A stretch of DNA of 64,000 nucleotides, from assembly GCA_009773645.1 (NCBI GenBank), contig WSYB01000009.1, positions 1,480 to 65,479 on the forward strand, given 5' to 3'. Shown here one piece after another: positions 1 through 9,049 of this stretch. The position numbers and the translations under genes were made by a program. The notes below the pieces were generated by a model that ran no database searches, was not told the DNA's origin, and saw nothing but the letters and a program-made list of their open reading frames with translations. The DNA comes from Geobacteraceae bacterium. Lineage in GTDB: Bacteria > Desulfobacterota > Desulfuromonadia > Geobacterales > Geobacteraceae. The stretch's first letter is position 1; every line of letters begins with the position of its first letter.

Positions 1-365
1 TGTCTTATGTCTTATCCTTTCATATGACATACCTCCTTGTTGATAATATAATGCATAACACATCAAGCATGTTATAGCAAGACGGGTTAAATGCATCTAT
101 TCAGTTGTAAGTAGATGAATTGTTACTGATAAGAGGGATGCGGAGTTGTCTGCCAGTGGGAAGCTGCTAAAGAACTTCAGTCTACTGTTGGTGCGAACAA
201 TCAGTACATTTCACCAAAAAATTAAGCGCATTATAACATTCTTGAAGAGATGTGTCAATAATAAATTTTAATTAGTTATGAACAACGTGTCGCTGACAGG
301 GTAATCCCAGGGACAAAATTGAATTAACAAATTTCACCTCTCCGGAAACGCCGTGATTTTTCTTC

Positions 366-400
366 TTGACAGATGACACATTTGTTACGACAATTGTCAT
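366..400 (+). promoter_or_regulatory. Putative sigma70 promoter with overlapping imperfect palindrome (candidate antitoxin operator) upstream of the Xre-RES pair
   Basis: TTGACA at 366-371, 17-nt spacer, GACAAT at 389-394. Arms ATGACACATTTGT (373-385) and ACAATTGTCAT (390-400) form an imperfect inverted repeat about 30 nt upstream of the ATG at 430. Confidence 0.35.
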
Positions 401-429
401 AAAGCAGAGAGTGCAAAAGGGAGGATGCC

Positions 430-849
430 ATGGGAACGCAGGCGCTGGCTGAGATGCTTGGAATTAAAGAGTTTGGCGGGTCTCCGTTGAAGCTTATCGA
501 GTCAACTCGCGCCGGGATCGCAAAAAAAGCGGTGTTTGAGCTGGCCCGGGAAATGGGGCTGGTAATTTCGGATATTTCCCGGTGCCTTCACGTGTCGGTG
601 CGGACCCTGCAGCGGTTTAAGGCCGACGAACGATTGAGCCCCGACCTGTCCGACCACCTTTTGCAGCTCGCCCGGGTCCACGCCCGGACGATTGAGGTGT
701 TCGGCAGCCGGGAGCGGGCGGGAGCGTGGCTCAAGCAGCCGAGCGTCGCTCTCGGCAACATTTCCCCCCTGGAGCTTCTTGACACCTTCACCGGTATCGA
801 GATGGTCCTGGACGAACTGACCCGTATCGAGTACGGCGTTGTTTCCTGA
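430..849 (+). CDS. Xre-family antitoxin with DUF2384-type C-terminal domain (RES-Xre / MbcA-ParS class)
   Basis: 139-aa ORF. The C-terminal WLKQPSVALGNISPLELLDTFTGIEMVLDELTRIEYG resembles DUF2384 antitoxins. Its TGA overlaps the ATG of the RES gene (ATGA at 847-851), the coupling typical of TA pairs. Confidence 0.8.
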   Translation: MGTQALAEMLGIKEFGGSPLKLIESTRAGIAKKAVFELAREMGLVISDISRCLHVSVRTLQRFKADERLSPDLSDHLLQLARVHARTIEVFGSRERAGAWLKQPSVALGNISPLELLDTFTGIEMVLDELTRIEYGVVS

Positions 850-1559
850 TGCGCCTCTTTCGCATCGCCAGAAGCTGCCATGCCGGCGACCTGACCGGCG
901 AGGGGGCGCGTCGAGCCGGGGGGCGCTGGAACCGGAAGGGGACCGCGCTCCTCTACACGGCTGATTCAGCGGCCCTTGCCACCCTGGAGTTGCTGGTCCA
1001 TCTCCCCCTGAATCTTCTGCCCCTTGATTATGGGCTGGCGGTCTTCGAACTGCCGGATGAGCTTCCCGTCACGACCTTTCGCAAGGAGGCGCTTCCCGCT
1101 GAGTGGGCGAGCTACCCCGCACCGCCCGAACTGGCCGATTTGGGAACAGCATGGGTGGAAAAATGTGAAACTGTCGCCCTTAAGGTTCCTTCTGCCGTTA
1201 CCCCTGACGGAGAGGGCTGGAATCTCCTTCTCAACCCCCGCCACCCGGATTTCTCACAGGTTCGCCCCGTGGAGATTGCTCCCTACCGCTTCGATGAACG
1301 GCTGTTCCGGCACGAAATGAGTGCCGCGCCGAGCCGGCTCGTGAGAAATTCCCTCGTCAGGGGAGCGCCGTTCGCCTCTTCTAGGAGTTCCGGTCTTTGC
1401 AGGTCCTCGAATGTATCCACGTCATACCACCGGGGAAGGAGGGAGACCCTGATGCCGGCTTCCGCCGCCTTCTCAAGGCTTTTCTCCAGCACTGCGCCGC
1501 TCGACCAGGGGATACCCTTGAACAATTCCCCCTGCAGCCGTTTCATGGCGATCAGGTAA
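849..1559 (+). CDS. RES-domain toxin; conserved part ends near 1320 and the rest of the ORF reads antisense through the neighbouring gene
   Basis: N-terminal MRLFRIARS..GEGARRAGGRWNRKGTALLYTADSAALATLELLVH and ..LKVPSAV..GWNLLLNP.H..F fit the RES domain. There is no in-frame stop until 1559. The last 80 or so codons are low-complexity translation of the opposite strand of the 1283-1984 gene. Confidence 0.7.
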   Translation: MRLFRIARSCHAGDLTGEGARRAGGRWNRKGTALLYTADSAALATLELLVHLPLNLLPLDYGLAVFELPDELPVTTFRKEALPAEWASYPAPPELADLGTAWVEKCETVALKVPSAVTPDGEGWNLLLNPRHPDFSQVRPVEIAPYRFDERLFRHEMSAAPSRLVRNSLVRGAPFASSRSSGLCRSSNVSTSYHRGRRETLMPASAAFSRLFSSTAPLDQGIPLNNSPCSRFMAIR

Positions 1560-1984
1560 TAGCCGCCGTCCTCACTCGGGCCGAATACAGCGTCGATATC
1601 CCTGCTTTCCAGCATGGCAAAGGCCTCTTCGATGAAGGAGGAGGGGAGGTCCGGGGAATCCGTGCCGATGATGACGGCAGCCTCGTATCCCATTTCCAAT
1701 GTCCGTTTAAAGGCGTTTTCCATCCGTTTTCCCAGGTCGTTTCCCTCCTGGGGACATGTTTCCATTCCTGCTGCGATTCCCTTGAAATAGGCGGCTGCGC
1801 CGGCTGCCGGCTCGTAGAAAACGAGTTTGTCCGGACCGGCCAGCTCTTTAGCCTTGGCCAGCGTGTCAAAGAGCATGCAGCGGTAAAGCTCCGCCGCATC
1901 TTCCGCTGAAAGGGTGGCGGCCAGGCGGGTCTTGACCCGGCCGGGGGTCGGCCTTTTCGCGAATATTATCAGCACGTTCTTCAA
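1283..1984 (-). CDS. DUF2064 / TIGR04282-like glycosyltransferase-fold protein
   Basis: 233-aa ORF: MKNVLIIFAKRPTPGRVKTRLA..., IIGTDSPDLP, FGPSEDGGYYLIAM, WYDVDTFEDL. These are DUF2064 hallmarks as I recall them. Confidence 0.7.
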   Translation of the reverse strand: MKNVLIIFAKRPTPGRVKTRLAATLSAEDAAELYRCMLFDTLAKAKELAGPDKLVFYEPAAGAAAYFKGIAAGMETCPQEGNDLGKRMENAFKRTLEMGYEAAVIIGTDSPDLPSSFIEEAFAMLESRDIDAVFGPSEDGGYYLIAMKRLQGELFKGIPWSSGAVLEKSLEKAAEAGIRVSLLPRWYDVDTFEDLQRPELLEEANGAPLTREFLTSRLGAALISCRNSRSSKR

Positions 1985-2234
1985 AAACCCATACCCGATC
2001 GTCCGCTTTCTTCAATAATTTGACAAAATCCGGGAAAAAATCCATAAAACTGCTGCTGGCGCGGCGTTGAAGAGAAGTGGCGCAAAATAAAAAACTTAGT
2101 TTTTTCCACAATTTAGCGATTTGTTCACAGAGTTATCAACAGGTGTGTCGAAATTTGACTGTCAGCTAAATGACGACATTTAATGAATGTGTCGCACAGA
2201 TTTAGCCAATACTTTGACTCGCAGCGGAAGGTCA

Positions 2235-3062
2235 TCATCTCTTGTCACGTTCGATGGCCGCATAGGCGGAGTGTTTATGGATCGACTCGAAGTTTTCCGC
2301 TTCCACGGCAAACCAGGTAATGTTTTCCATGGCGAGGAGTTTCTGGGTGGCCTCACGGACGATGTCTTCAACAAACTTGGGATTCTCGAAGGCCTGCTCG
2401 GTGACGAACTTCTCATCCTCCCTTTTCAGGAGTGAAAAGACCGGGCTTGAGCCGCACCCTTCGATGATCTCAATCAGGTCCTCGATCCAGATGAATTCCC
2501 GGTAACGGACCCTGACCGTGATGATGCTTCTCTGGTTATGGGCGCCGTAGCGGGAGAGCTCCTTGCTGCAGGGGCAGAGGGACGTGACCGGAATTTTTAT
2601 GCCCAGGACGAAATCGAATGCGGTGGAGAGGGTGGCGATGAATTCGCAGGTATACTCCATGAGGCTTTTAGCGTGTGAGACCGGCGCACTCTTTTCGATG
2701 AAGTAGGGGAACTCGATCTCCAGGTGGGCGCTTCCCGCCCCCAGTTTCTCTTTCATCCGCTCCAGGATGGTCTCCATCTTGTCGAGGGCAATCTCTTCCC
2801 GGTAGGAGTTGAGGATCTCGATGAAGCGGCTCATGTGGGTCCCCTTGAAATGATGGGGAAGGTCCACATACATGTTCACCCGCGCCACGGTATGCTGGAT
2901 CGACTTGTTCTTGTCCATGACCACGATGGGGTAGGAGATGTCCTTCACTCCCACCTTGCTGATGGGGATTTTCCGGGTGTCGCGCGTGGTTTGCATGTCG
3001 GGCATGCAAACCCGTGAGGCGTGAGGGGTGAGGCGTGAGGGTGTGAGTGTTTTTTTTTCCAT
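2235..3062 (-). CDS. folE2: GTP cyclohydrolase FolE2/MptA family (type IB)
   Basis: RKIPISKVGVKDISYPIVVMDK...HMSRFIEIL...SLCPCSKE are FolE2 motifs. Start set at the ATG at 3062 (MEKK...) because GAGGAG lies 9 nt upstream; the alternative starts at 3005 and 2996 lack an RBS. Confidence 0.85.
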   Translation of the reverse strand: MEKKTLTPSRLTPHASRVCMPDMQTTRDTRKIPISKVGVKDISYPIVVMDKNKSIQHTVARVNMYVDLPHHFKGTHMSRFIEILNSYREEIALDKMETILERMKEKLGAGSAHLEIEFPYFIEKSAPVSHAKSLMEYTCEFIATLSTAFDFVLGIKIPVTSLCPCSKELSRYGAHNQRSIITVRVRYREFIWIEDLIEIIEGCGSSPVFSLLKREDEKFVTEQAFENPKFVEDIVREATQKLLAMENITWFAVEAENFESIHKHSAYAAIERDKR

Positions 3063-3097
3063 CGGTTGTTTCTCCTCACTCCTCACTCTTCACTCCT
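3013..3097. repeat. Inverted arrays of degenerate GTGAGG(N) units bracketing the queC stop and folE2 start
   Basis: cgtgaggcgtgaggggtgaggcgtgagggtgtgagtg (3013-3049) faces ctcctcactcctcactcttcactcc (3072-3096). The T-rich loop holds the folE2 ATG (3062). The queC TGA (3083-3085) lies in the right arm. Confidence 0.7.
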
Positions 3098-3772
3098 TAC
3101 GTCGTACCTGACGGGGTCAGGTACGCCCGCCTCGGCGAATCCCTTCAGGCGCAGGCGGCAGGAATCGCACAGGCCGCAGGCGAGCCCTTCCGGGGAGGGG
3201 TCATAACAGGAATGGGTGCAGGAATAATCCACTCCCAGGGAGAGTCCCCTGGCTATGATCTCCCCCTTGGTCAGATGAATGAGGGGGGTGTGGATCTTGA
3301 ACCGGCCGGTCCCTTCCACCCCCGCCTTGGTGGCCAGGTTGGCCATTGTCTCATAGGCGGCGATGTATGCCGGGCGGCAGTCGGGATAGCCGGAATAGTC
3401 CAGGGCGTTCACGCCGATGAAGATGTCGAAGGCGCCGAGCACCTCGGCCCACCCGAGGGCAAAGGAGAGGAAGATGGTGTTTCTGGCCGGTACGTAGGTC
3501 ACCGGGATGTCGCTCCCCACCCCTTCCTTCGGCACTGCAATCTCTGCCGTCAGGGCGCTCCCCCCCATTTTGCGCAGGTCGAACTCCACCACCAGATGTT
3601 CCGCCGCCCCCATCGGCAGGGCGTTGGCCTTGGCGAATTCCAGTTCGGCCTTGTGGCGCTGACCATAGGCGAAGCTGATGGCGTACGGCTCGAACCCCTC
3701 TGCTCTGGCGATCGACAGGCAGGTGGTGGAGTCGAGACCGCCGCTGTAAAGGACGACGACTTTTTTAGACAT
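3083..3772 (-). CDS. queC: 7-cyano-7-deazaguanine synthase
   Basis: [19 protein letters not shown] (PP-loop), [10 protein letters not shown] and a C-terminal [10 protein letters not shown] zinc site. Start trimmed to the ATG at 3772. Confidence 0.9.
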   Translation of the reverse strand: MSKKVVVLYSGGLDSTTCLSIARAEGFEPYAISFAYGQRHKAELEFAKANALPMGAAEHLVVEFDLRKMGGSALTAEIAVPKEGVGSDIPVTYVPARNTIFLSFALGWAEVLGAFDIFIGVNALDYSGYPDCRPAYIAAYETMANLATKAGVEGTGRFKIHTPLIHLTKGEIIARGLSLGVDYSCTHSCYDPSPEGLACGLCDSCRLRLKGFAEAGVPDPVRYDVRSEE

Positions 3773-3855
3773 GGCTTCAGGTTCCTTTTTCGATGAACGG
3801 CTGGAAGGGATCACCGGAACAATAACATCGGGGATGAGGAATTTACAACGTGAAA

Positions 3856-4938
3856 TTAAAAGAGCGAAAACTTCACGTACCGCTTCGGGTTTTCCTTGAT
3901 GTCCCTGACCAGGGCGTCCAGGTCGCCGACCATCCGGTCGAGTTTTTCGTAGATATCCTTTTCGGTCACGAGCTTGCCGACGGTCCCCTCTCCCCGGTTG
4001 ACCCGGTCGGTGATCTCCTCGAAGGACTTGACCGAGCGGTCGGCCCGGTCGATGAGTGCCATTCCCCTGTCGTAGAACTCCCGGTCGGTAAGAAACTTGC
4101 CGATGGTGCTCTCGCCGGAGGTAAGTTTCCTGTTCAGCTCGCGCACGTCGTCGGCTGCCAGGGAGCTCTTGTCGGCCAGGGCCACCAGCTTGTCGTAGAG
4201 TTGCCGGTCGTAGATCAGTTTGCTCATGGTCCCCTGGGAGTCCTGGATGTCTTTCAGGGTCTCGTCGGCGCGGGTGAGAATGCTCATCAGCCGGTCATAG
4301 GGCTCGCCGCTCCTGGCCAGCTTGCCGAGGGTACCTTCTCCCCGGTTCGCCGTATCGACTAGCGACCGCAGTTCGACGGTAAGCCGGACCATGTTGTCAT
4401 AGAGCTTGGGGTCCTCGGTGAACCTGCCGAAGGTCCCTTCCCCCCGGTTTACTTTCGCTATGATCCGGTTCAGTTGATCAAAGGCGGTCCCTGCCTTGGC
4501 CACGACATCGTCCAGCTTCGCCACCGGCGTCCCGTAGAGTCGCTTCGCGGGAACCTCGGAATAGACCTTGCTCGGGGTGATGTCGACGTATTTTTCCCCC
4601 ATGAGGCCGCGGGTCTTGACGGTGATGACCGAATCGGGACCGATCTTCCTGAGCGCTTCCCGGTCTACTTCGAGGTCGACATCCACCTCATTGCTCTCAC
4701 GGGGCCGCACGAAGCGGATTCGGCTCACCGCCCCCACGTCTACCCCCGCCAGCCAGACGGGGGCACCTTCCTTGAGGCCGGCAACGTCGGTCATGATGAC
4801 CGTAAGCTCTCCCTTGGGGATAAAAAGCTTGGTCTTCTTCCCCATGAGGAGGATTCCCCCCGCCAGGAAGATAAGGGCGCAGATGATGAAGATCCCGACC
4901 TTCACCTGCGACCAGACAATGTTATCGCTTCGCTTCAT
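3856..4938 (-). CDS. mlaD: MlaD/MCE-family protein with repeated C-terminal helical modules
   Basis: N-terminal TM then an MCE domain ([25 protein letters not shown]). About five repeats of G(E/Q)GT.GKL...LYD follow. Start at 4938 has GGAGGGG upstream and overlaps the mlaF stop. Confidence 0.8.
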   Translation of the reverse strand: MKRSDNIVWSQVKVGIFIICALIFLAGGILLMGKKTKLFIPKGELTVIMTDVAGLKEGAPVWLAGVDVGAVSRIRFVRPRESNEVDVDLEVDREALRKIGPDSVITVKTRGLMGEKYVDITPSKVYSEVPAKRLYGTPVAKLDDVVAKAGTAFDQLNRIIAKVNRGEGTFGRFTEDPKLYDNMVRLTVELRSLVDTANRGEGTLGKLARSGEPYDRLMSILTRADETLKDIQDSQGTMSKLIYDRQLYDKLVALADKSSLAADDVRELNRKLTSGESTIGKFLTDREFYDRGMALIDRADRSVKSFEEITDRVNRGEGTVGKLVTEKDIYEKLDRMVGDLDALVRDIKENPKRYVKFSLF

Positions 4939-5719
4939 GGGAATCCCCTCCAGGAGGCGTTTTTGGCACTGCAAAGAGCGATGCGTCGCTCGGTTCGAGG
5001 AACTCGCGGATTCCAGGCAACTGGGAGCGCAGCATCTCTTCCCTGGTTCCGTCGAAGATCAGGAGCGCATGGTGGATAAATGAGAAACGTTCCGAGACCG
5101 CGAAGGCGGTGGCCAGATCGTGGGTCACCATGAGGGTCGTTTTCCCATCCCGCTGGAGGAGTTTCATCAGGTGACAGATGTTGTAGACCCCCACCGGATC
5201 CAGGCCGGTGGTCGGCTCGTCGAAGAAGATATAGTCCGGCTCCGAGACGAGCGCCCGCGCAATGGCGACCCGCTTCTTCATCCCCCCCGACAGCTGGGAG
5301 GGGTAATAGTCGATGGTGTCTTCGAGCCCTACGAAACTGAGCTTCTCCAGGACGATCCGCTCAATTTCGCTCTCTTCGAGCTCGCCGTCCTGGAAGAGGC
5401 GGTATCCCACGTTCTCCCCCACGGTCATGGAGTCGAAGAGCGCTCCCCCCTGGAAGACGATGGCTATTTTTCGCCGGAGCCGGATCAGCTCGTTCACGGA
5501 TAGGCCGGCGAGCGGTACCCCGTCGATGAGGACCTCTCCGGCGTCGGGCTTGAGCAGACCGAGCATCAGCTTGAGAATGGTGGTTTTGCCGGCACCGCTG
5601 GCGCCGAGGATGGTCCGGTTGGCCTCTCTTTCCACAAAAAGGGAAACCTTGTGGAGGATTTGTCTCCCCTCCACCGAGTAACTTAGGTCCCTGACCCTGA
5701 TTCCCCGCTCCTCCGTCAC
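4922..5719 (-). CDS. mlaF: ABC transporter ATP-binding protein (MlaF-like)
   Basis: Walker A GASGAGKTT, signature LSGGMKKRVAIARAL and Walker B IFFDEPTTGLD. Confidence 0.85.
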   Translation of the reverse strand: MTEERGIRVRDLSYSVEGRQILHKVSLFVEREANRTILGASGAGKTTILKLMLGLLKPDAGEVLIDGVPLAGLSVNELIRLRRKIAIVFQGGALFDSMTVGENVGYRLFQDGELEESEIERIVLEKLSFVGLEDTIDYYPSQLSGGMKKRVAIARALVSEPDYIFFDEPTTGLDPVGVYNICHLMKLLQRDGKTTLMVTHDLATAFAVSERFSFIHHALLIFDGTREEMLRSQLPGIREFLEPSDASLFAVPKTPPGGDSHEAKR

Positions 5720-5743
5720 GTCCGTCCTTTCCGTTGGCTGCGT

Positions 5744-6514
5744 CTATCTGAATGTTACGAAAATCTTTGCGATAAAGAAGTCGGTTACGAGGATTATGAC
5801 CGATGACAGTACCACGGTCCGCTTGGCGGCTTCGCCGACCCCTGCCGCTCCGCCGCTTGTGTTGAGGCCGTTATAGCACCCCATCATGGCAATGATAAAG
5901 CCGAAAATGAGGGGCTTCACGAGCCCCTCGGCGTAGTCGATGAAGTACATGAACTTGGTGAGGGAGTTGATGTACATGATCGGTTTGATGTCGGATCCCG
6001 CCGCCATTGCATACCCTCCGATGAGGGAGACGGTGTCGGTCACTATTGTAAGTAGCGGCATGGAGATAAGAATTGCCTTGAGGCGCGGCGTTACGAGGCG
6101 CTTGACGATGTCGGTCCCCTCCACCTGCATGGCGTCCACCTGCTCGGTGACCACCATGGTGCCGAGCTCGGCGGTGATGGCCGACCCGACCCGACCTGCC
6201 ACCATAAGGGAGGAGAGGACCGGTCCCAGCTCCTTCACCATGGTTACCGCCACCATCCCCCCCACATAACTCGTGGCGGCAAACGGCTTGAGCTGGGCGA
6301 GGAACTGGAGCGCCATGACCATGCCGGTGAACGTTCCGGTCAGGACGATGATGAAGAGGGAGCCGACCCCGATCTTGTCCATCTGGATGGCGAACTCCCG
6401 GTAGTAGAAGGGGCGTGAGAAAATCTTGCGCACGGCGCTCCACGAGAGGCGCGAGTACTCCTGCACTTCGCCGAAGACCGACTTGAGCATCCCTGACAAA
6501 GCCCGCCCGGTCAT
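5744..6514 (-). CDS. mlaE: ABC transporter permease (MlaE-like)
   Basis: Multi-TM protein with the MlaE-like segment GVGSLFIIVLTGTFTGMVMALQ...ELGPVLSSLMVAGRVGSAITAELGTM. Start trimmed to 6514 so it does not overlap lon. Confidence 0.8.
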   Translation of the reverse strand: MTGRALSGMLKSVFGEVQEYSRLSWSAVRKIFSRPFYYREFAIQMDKIGVGSLFIIVLTGTFTGMVMALQFLAQLKPFAATSYVGGMVAVTMVKELGPVLSSLMVAGRVGSAITAELGTMVVTEQVDAMQVEGTDIVKRLVTPRLKAILISMPLLTIVTDTVSLIGGYAMAAGSDIKPIMYINSLTKFMYFIDYAEGLVKPLIFGFIIAMMGCYNGLNTSGGAAGVGEAAKRTVVLSSVIILVTDFFIAKIFVTFR

Positions 6515-6536
6515 CACCAGTTGATCGCCCCGGCGG

Positions 6537-8876
6537 TCACGCCCTGTCTTCCCCGGAAGAGAGGAGCGCTTCTCCCACCGCCTCGTGCACATCTTCGATA
6601 AACACAAATTCCAGTTCGTGCAGGACATCCTGCGGGATGTCCTCCATATCCTGCCGGTTCCTGCCGGGAATAACCACTTTTTTCACACCGGCGCGGCGGG
6701 CGGCAAGGACCTTCTCTTTGAGGCCGCCGATGGCGAGGACCCGTCCGGTGAGGCTTATTTCGCCGGTCATGGCCACATCGCGGCGGGCGGGGCGGCTGGT
6801 CATCAGAGAGACGATGGAGGTGGCCATGGTGATTCCCGCCGACGGGCCGTCCTTGGGGATGCTCCCTGCCGGCACATGGATATGGATGTTCACCTCGTTG
6901 AATGCATCGGCCGGAATCGCCCATTCGCTGCTGTTGGCCTGTACGTAGGAGAGGGCGGCGCGCGCCGATTCTTTCATGACATCACCCAGTGAGCCGGTAA
7001 GGATCAGGTCTCCCTTCCCTTTCATCCTCGTCGCTTCCACAAAGATGATGTCACCTCCCGTTTCGGTCCAGGCGAGGCCGGTCACTACCCCGACCCGGTC
7101 CTTTTCCGCCGCCACCTCGTTGAAAAACTTCCGCGGGCCCAGGAACGTCTCCACCAGCTCGGGGGTTATGGTTTCCCGCGGCGGCTTGTTCTGGGTTATC
7201 TCCTTGGCCACCTTGCGGCAGACGGAGCCGATGCTGCGCTGCAGGTTGCGCACTCCGGCCTCCCGCGTATAGTCGCTGATGATCTTATGGATCGAGGCTT
7301 TCTCAAAGGCGGGGGGATGCGCCGTCAACCCGTTTTCCTCGATTTCCTTGGGGATGAGGTACCTGGTGGCAATATTCTCCTTCTCCTCGCTGGTATAACC
7401 GGACAGGCCGATCACCTCCATCCGGTCCTTCAGGGCAGGCGGGACGGGATCGAGGAGGTTGGCGGTGGTGATGAACATCACGTTGGAAAGGTCGAAGGGT
7501 ACGTCGAGATAGTGGTCGGTGAACGAAAAGTTCTGTTCCGGGTCGAGCACTTCCAGAAGGGCACTGGCCGGGTCTCCCCGGAAATCCAGGCCGATCTTGT
7601 CCACCTCATCGAGCATAAAGACCGGGTTGTTGGAGCCTGCGCGGTATATTTCCTGGATGATCCGCCCCGGCAGGGCGCCGATATAAGTCCGGCGGTGGCC
7701 GCGAATCTCCGCCTCATCCCGCATCCCGCCCAATGATACCCGGATGAATTTCCTCCCGAGCGCACGGGCAATTGACTTGCCGAGGCTGGTCTTTCCCACG
7801 CCCGGCGGGCCCACAAAACAGAGGATCGGCCCTTTCATCTTCTCCTTCAGGGAGCGGACCGCCAGATACTCCAGAATCCGCTCCTTTACCTTTTCCAGGT
7901 CGTAGTGATCCTCATTGAGAACGTCCTCGGCCTGGTTGATGTCCCGGTTGTCTGTGGTTGAGGCCTTCCAGGGCATGCCGGTCAGATAGTCCAGATAGGT
8001 GCGCGATACGGTGTATTCGGGCGATGCCGAGTTGATCCGCTCCAGCCGCTTCAGTTCCTTGTCGGCTATCTTCCTGACCTCGTCGGGCATTCCGGCGGTT
8101 TCGATCTTCTTTTTCAGTTCGACCATCTCGGCGCTGCGCGAGTCTTCTTCCCCCAGCTCTTCCTGGATCTGCTTCATCTGTTCCCGGAGCAGGTACTCCT
8201 TCTGGGTTTTACCCACCCTTTTCGTGACCTCGGACTGGACCTCGGCCTTTACCTGAAGCCGCTGCACCTCGGCGGTCAGGTACATGTAGACCTTTTTCAG
8301 GCGCTCCAGGGGGTCAACGGTTTCCAGAAGCAGCTGCAGCTCTTCCACCGGCAGGCTGACGTAAAGCGCCACCAGGTCCGAAAGGCGGGCTGGGTTGTCG
8401 ATGTAATCGATCATCTTTAACACATCATCCGGAAGCGGCTTGCCGTAGGAGAGGGCGATCTTCAGCAGGGCATTCAGGCTGCTGACCAGAGCTTCGGAAA
8501 CTATCGATTTTTCGACAAATTCACGAACCAGTTCCACCCTGGCGAGAATGACGGGGGTTTCCTGAACGATTTCCAGCACCCTGACCCTGGCGATCCCTTC
8601 TACAACCGCTTTGCCGCCCCCTTCGGGGAGTTTGTAGTGCTGGTTTACCTTGCAGATGGTCCCGACTTCATGGAGCGCAGGCAACAGACCGCTTTCTGGC
8701 TCCCCCTTCAATTTGATCAGGGCCACCAGATTGTTATAGAGAACGGCTTCTTCAAAGGTGGGAAGCTCCTCGTTCGTCAGAAAAAGCGGGAAGATCATGG
8801 ATGGGAAGGCCACCATGTCCCGGAGCGGATAGAGCGGAACTATTTCAGGGATCGTTATTGTGATATTTTCAGACAT
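6537..8876 (-). CDS. lon: ATP-dependent Lon protease (LonA)
   Basis: 779 aa. N-domain PLYPLRDMVAFP, Walker A GPPGVGKTS and protease site PKDGPSAGITM. Confidence 0.95.
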   Translation of the reverse strand: MSENITITIPEIVPLYPLRDMVAFPSMIFPLFLTNEELPTFEEAVLYNNLVALIKLKGEPESGLLPALHEVGTICKVNQHYKLPEGGGKAVVEGIARVRVLEIVQETPVILARVELVREFVEKSIVSEALVSSLNALLKIALSYGKPLPDDVLKMIDYIDNPARLSDLVALYVSLPVEELQLLLETVDPLERLKKVYMYLTAEVQRLQVKAEVQSEVTKRVGKTQKEYLLREQMKQIQEELGEEDSRSAEMVELKKKIETAGMPDEVRKIADKELKRLERINSASPEYTVSRTYLDYLTGMPWKASTTDNRDINQAEDVLNEDHYDLEKVKERILEYLAVRSLKEKMKGPILCFVGPPGVGKTSLGKSIARALGRKFIRVSLGGMRDEAEIRGHRRTYIGALPGRIIQEIYRAGSNNPVFMLDEVDKIGLDFRGDPASALLEVLDPEQNFSFTDHYLDVPFDLSNVMFITTANLLDPVPPALKDRMEVIGLSGYTSEEKENIATRYLIPKEIEENGLTAHPPAFEKASIHKIISDYTREAGVRNLQRSIGSVCRKVAKEITQNKPPRETITPELVETFLGPRKFFNEVAAEKDRVGVVTGLAWTETGGDIIFVEATRMKGKGDLILTGSLGDVMKESARAALSYVQANSSEWAIPADAFNEVNIHIHVPAGSIPKDGPSAGITMATSIVSLMTSRPARRDVAMTGEISLTGRVLAIGGLKEKVLAARRAGVKKVVIPGRNRQDMEDIPQDVLHELEFVFIEDVHEAVGEALLSSGEDRA

Positions 8877-8928
8877 CGAGTAGTCCTTACGGTCAAAAGG
8901 GATTGGTAAATCCGGATAATTTCTCTCA

Positions 8929-8957
8929 AGAGTAACCAGTTAAAGCCGTCATGTCAA
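8929..8957 (-). promoter_or_regulatory. Possible sigma70 promoter for lon
   Basis: On the minus strand: TTGACA (8952-8957), 17 nt, TACTCT (8929-8934), about 55 nt upstream of the lon ATG. Weak -10. Confidence 0.25.
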
Positions 8958-8972
8958 GGAAAGACAGGAACA

Positions 8973-8994
8973 GGGGACCGGGGACCGGGGACCG
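8973..8994. repeat. Heptanucleotide tandem repeat (GGGGACC)x3
   Basis: ggggaccggggaccggggaccgg, read directly. It lies just upstream of the putative lon -35. Confidence 0.9.
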
Positions 8995-9049
8995 GTAAAA
9001 CCGTGATCGAAATCCTGACCTTTGATGTCTGACCCCATGGCCCTCTTTT

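Noticed and set aside
1-40. Partial minus-strand gene leaving the window (GGAGG followed by ATG near position 30)
   Set aside because: GGAGG-to-ATG spacing is only 1 nt for the open frame, and the better-spaced ATG is followed by a stop after two further codons. Too little sequence remains to support a call.
1283-1984. Functional pairing of the DUF2064 (TIGR04282-like) gene with the GT2 gene at 33769-34857 (TIGR04283-like partner)
   Set aside because: The two families are often adjacent in other genomes, but here they are 32 kb apart. I also cannot verify the subfamily of the GT2 by eye, so no linkage is claimed.
3773-3855. preQ1 riboswitch upstream of queC
   Set aside because: The 83-nt gap, read on the minus strand, lacks the preQ1-I/II consensus (no ...CCCUC.AUAAAAAACUA-like tail). 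queC also appears co-transcribed with mlaD.
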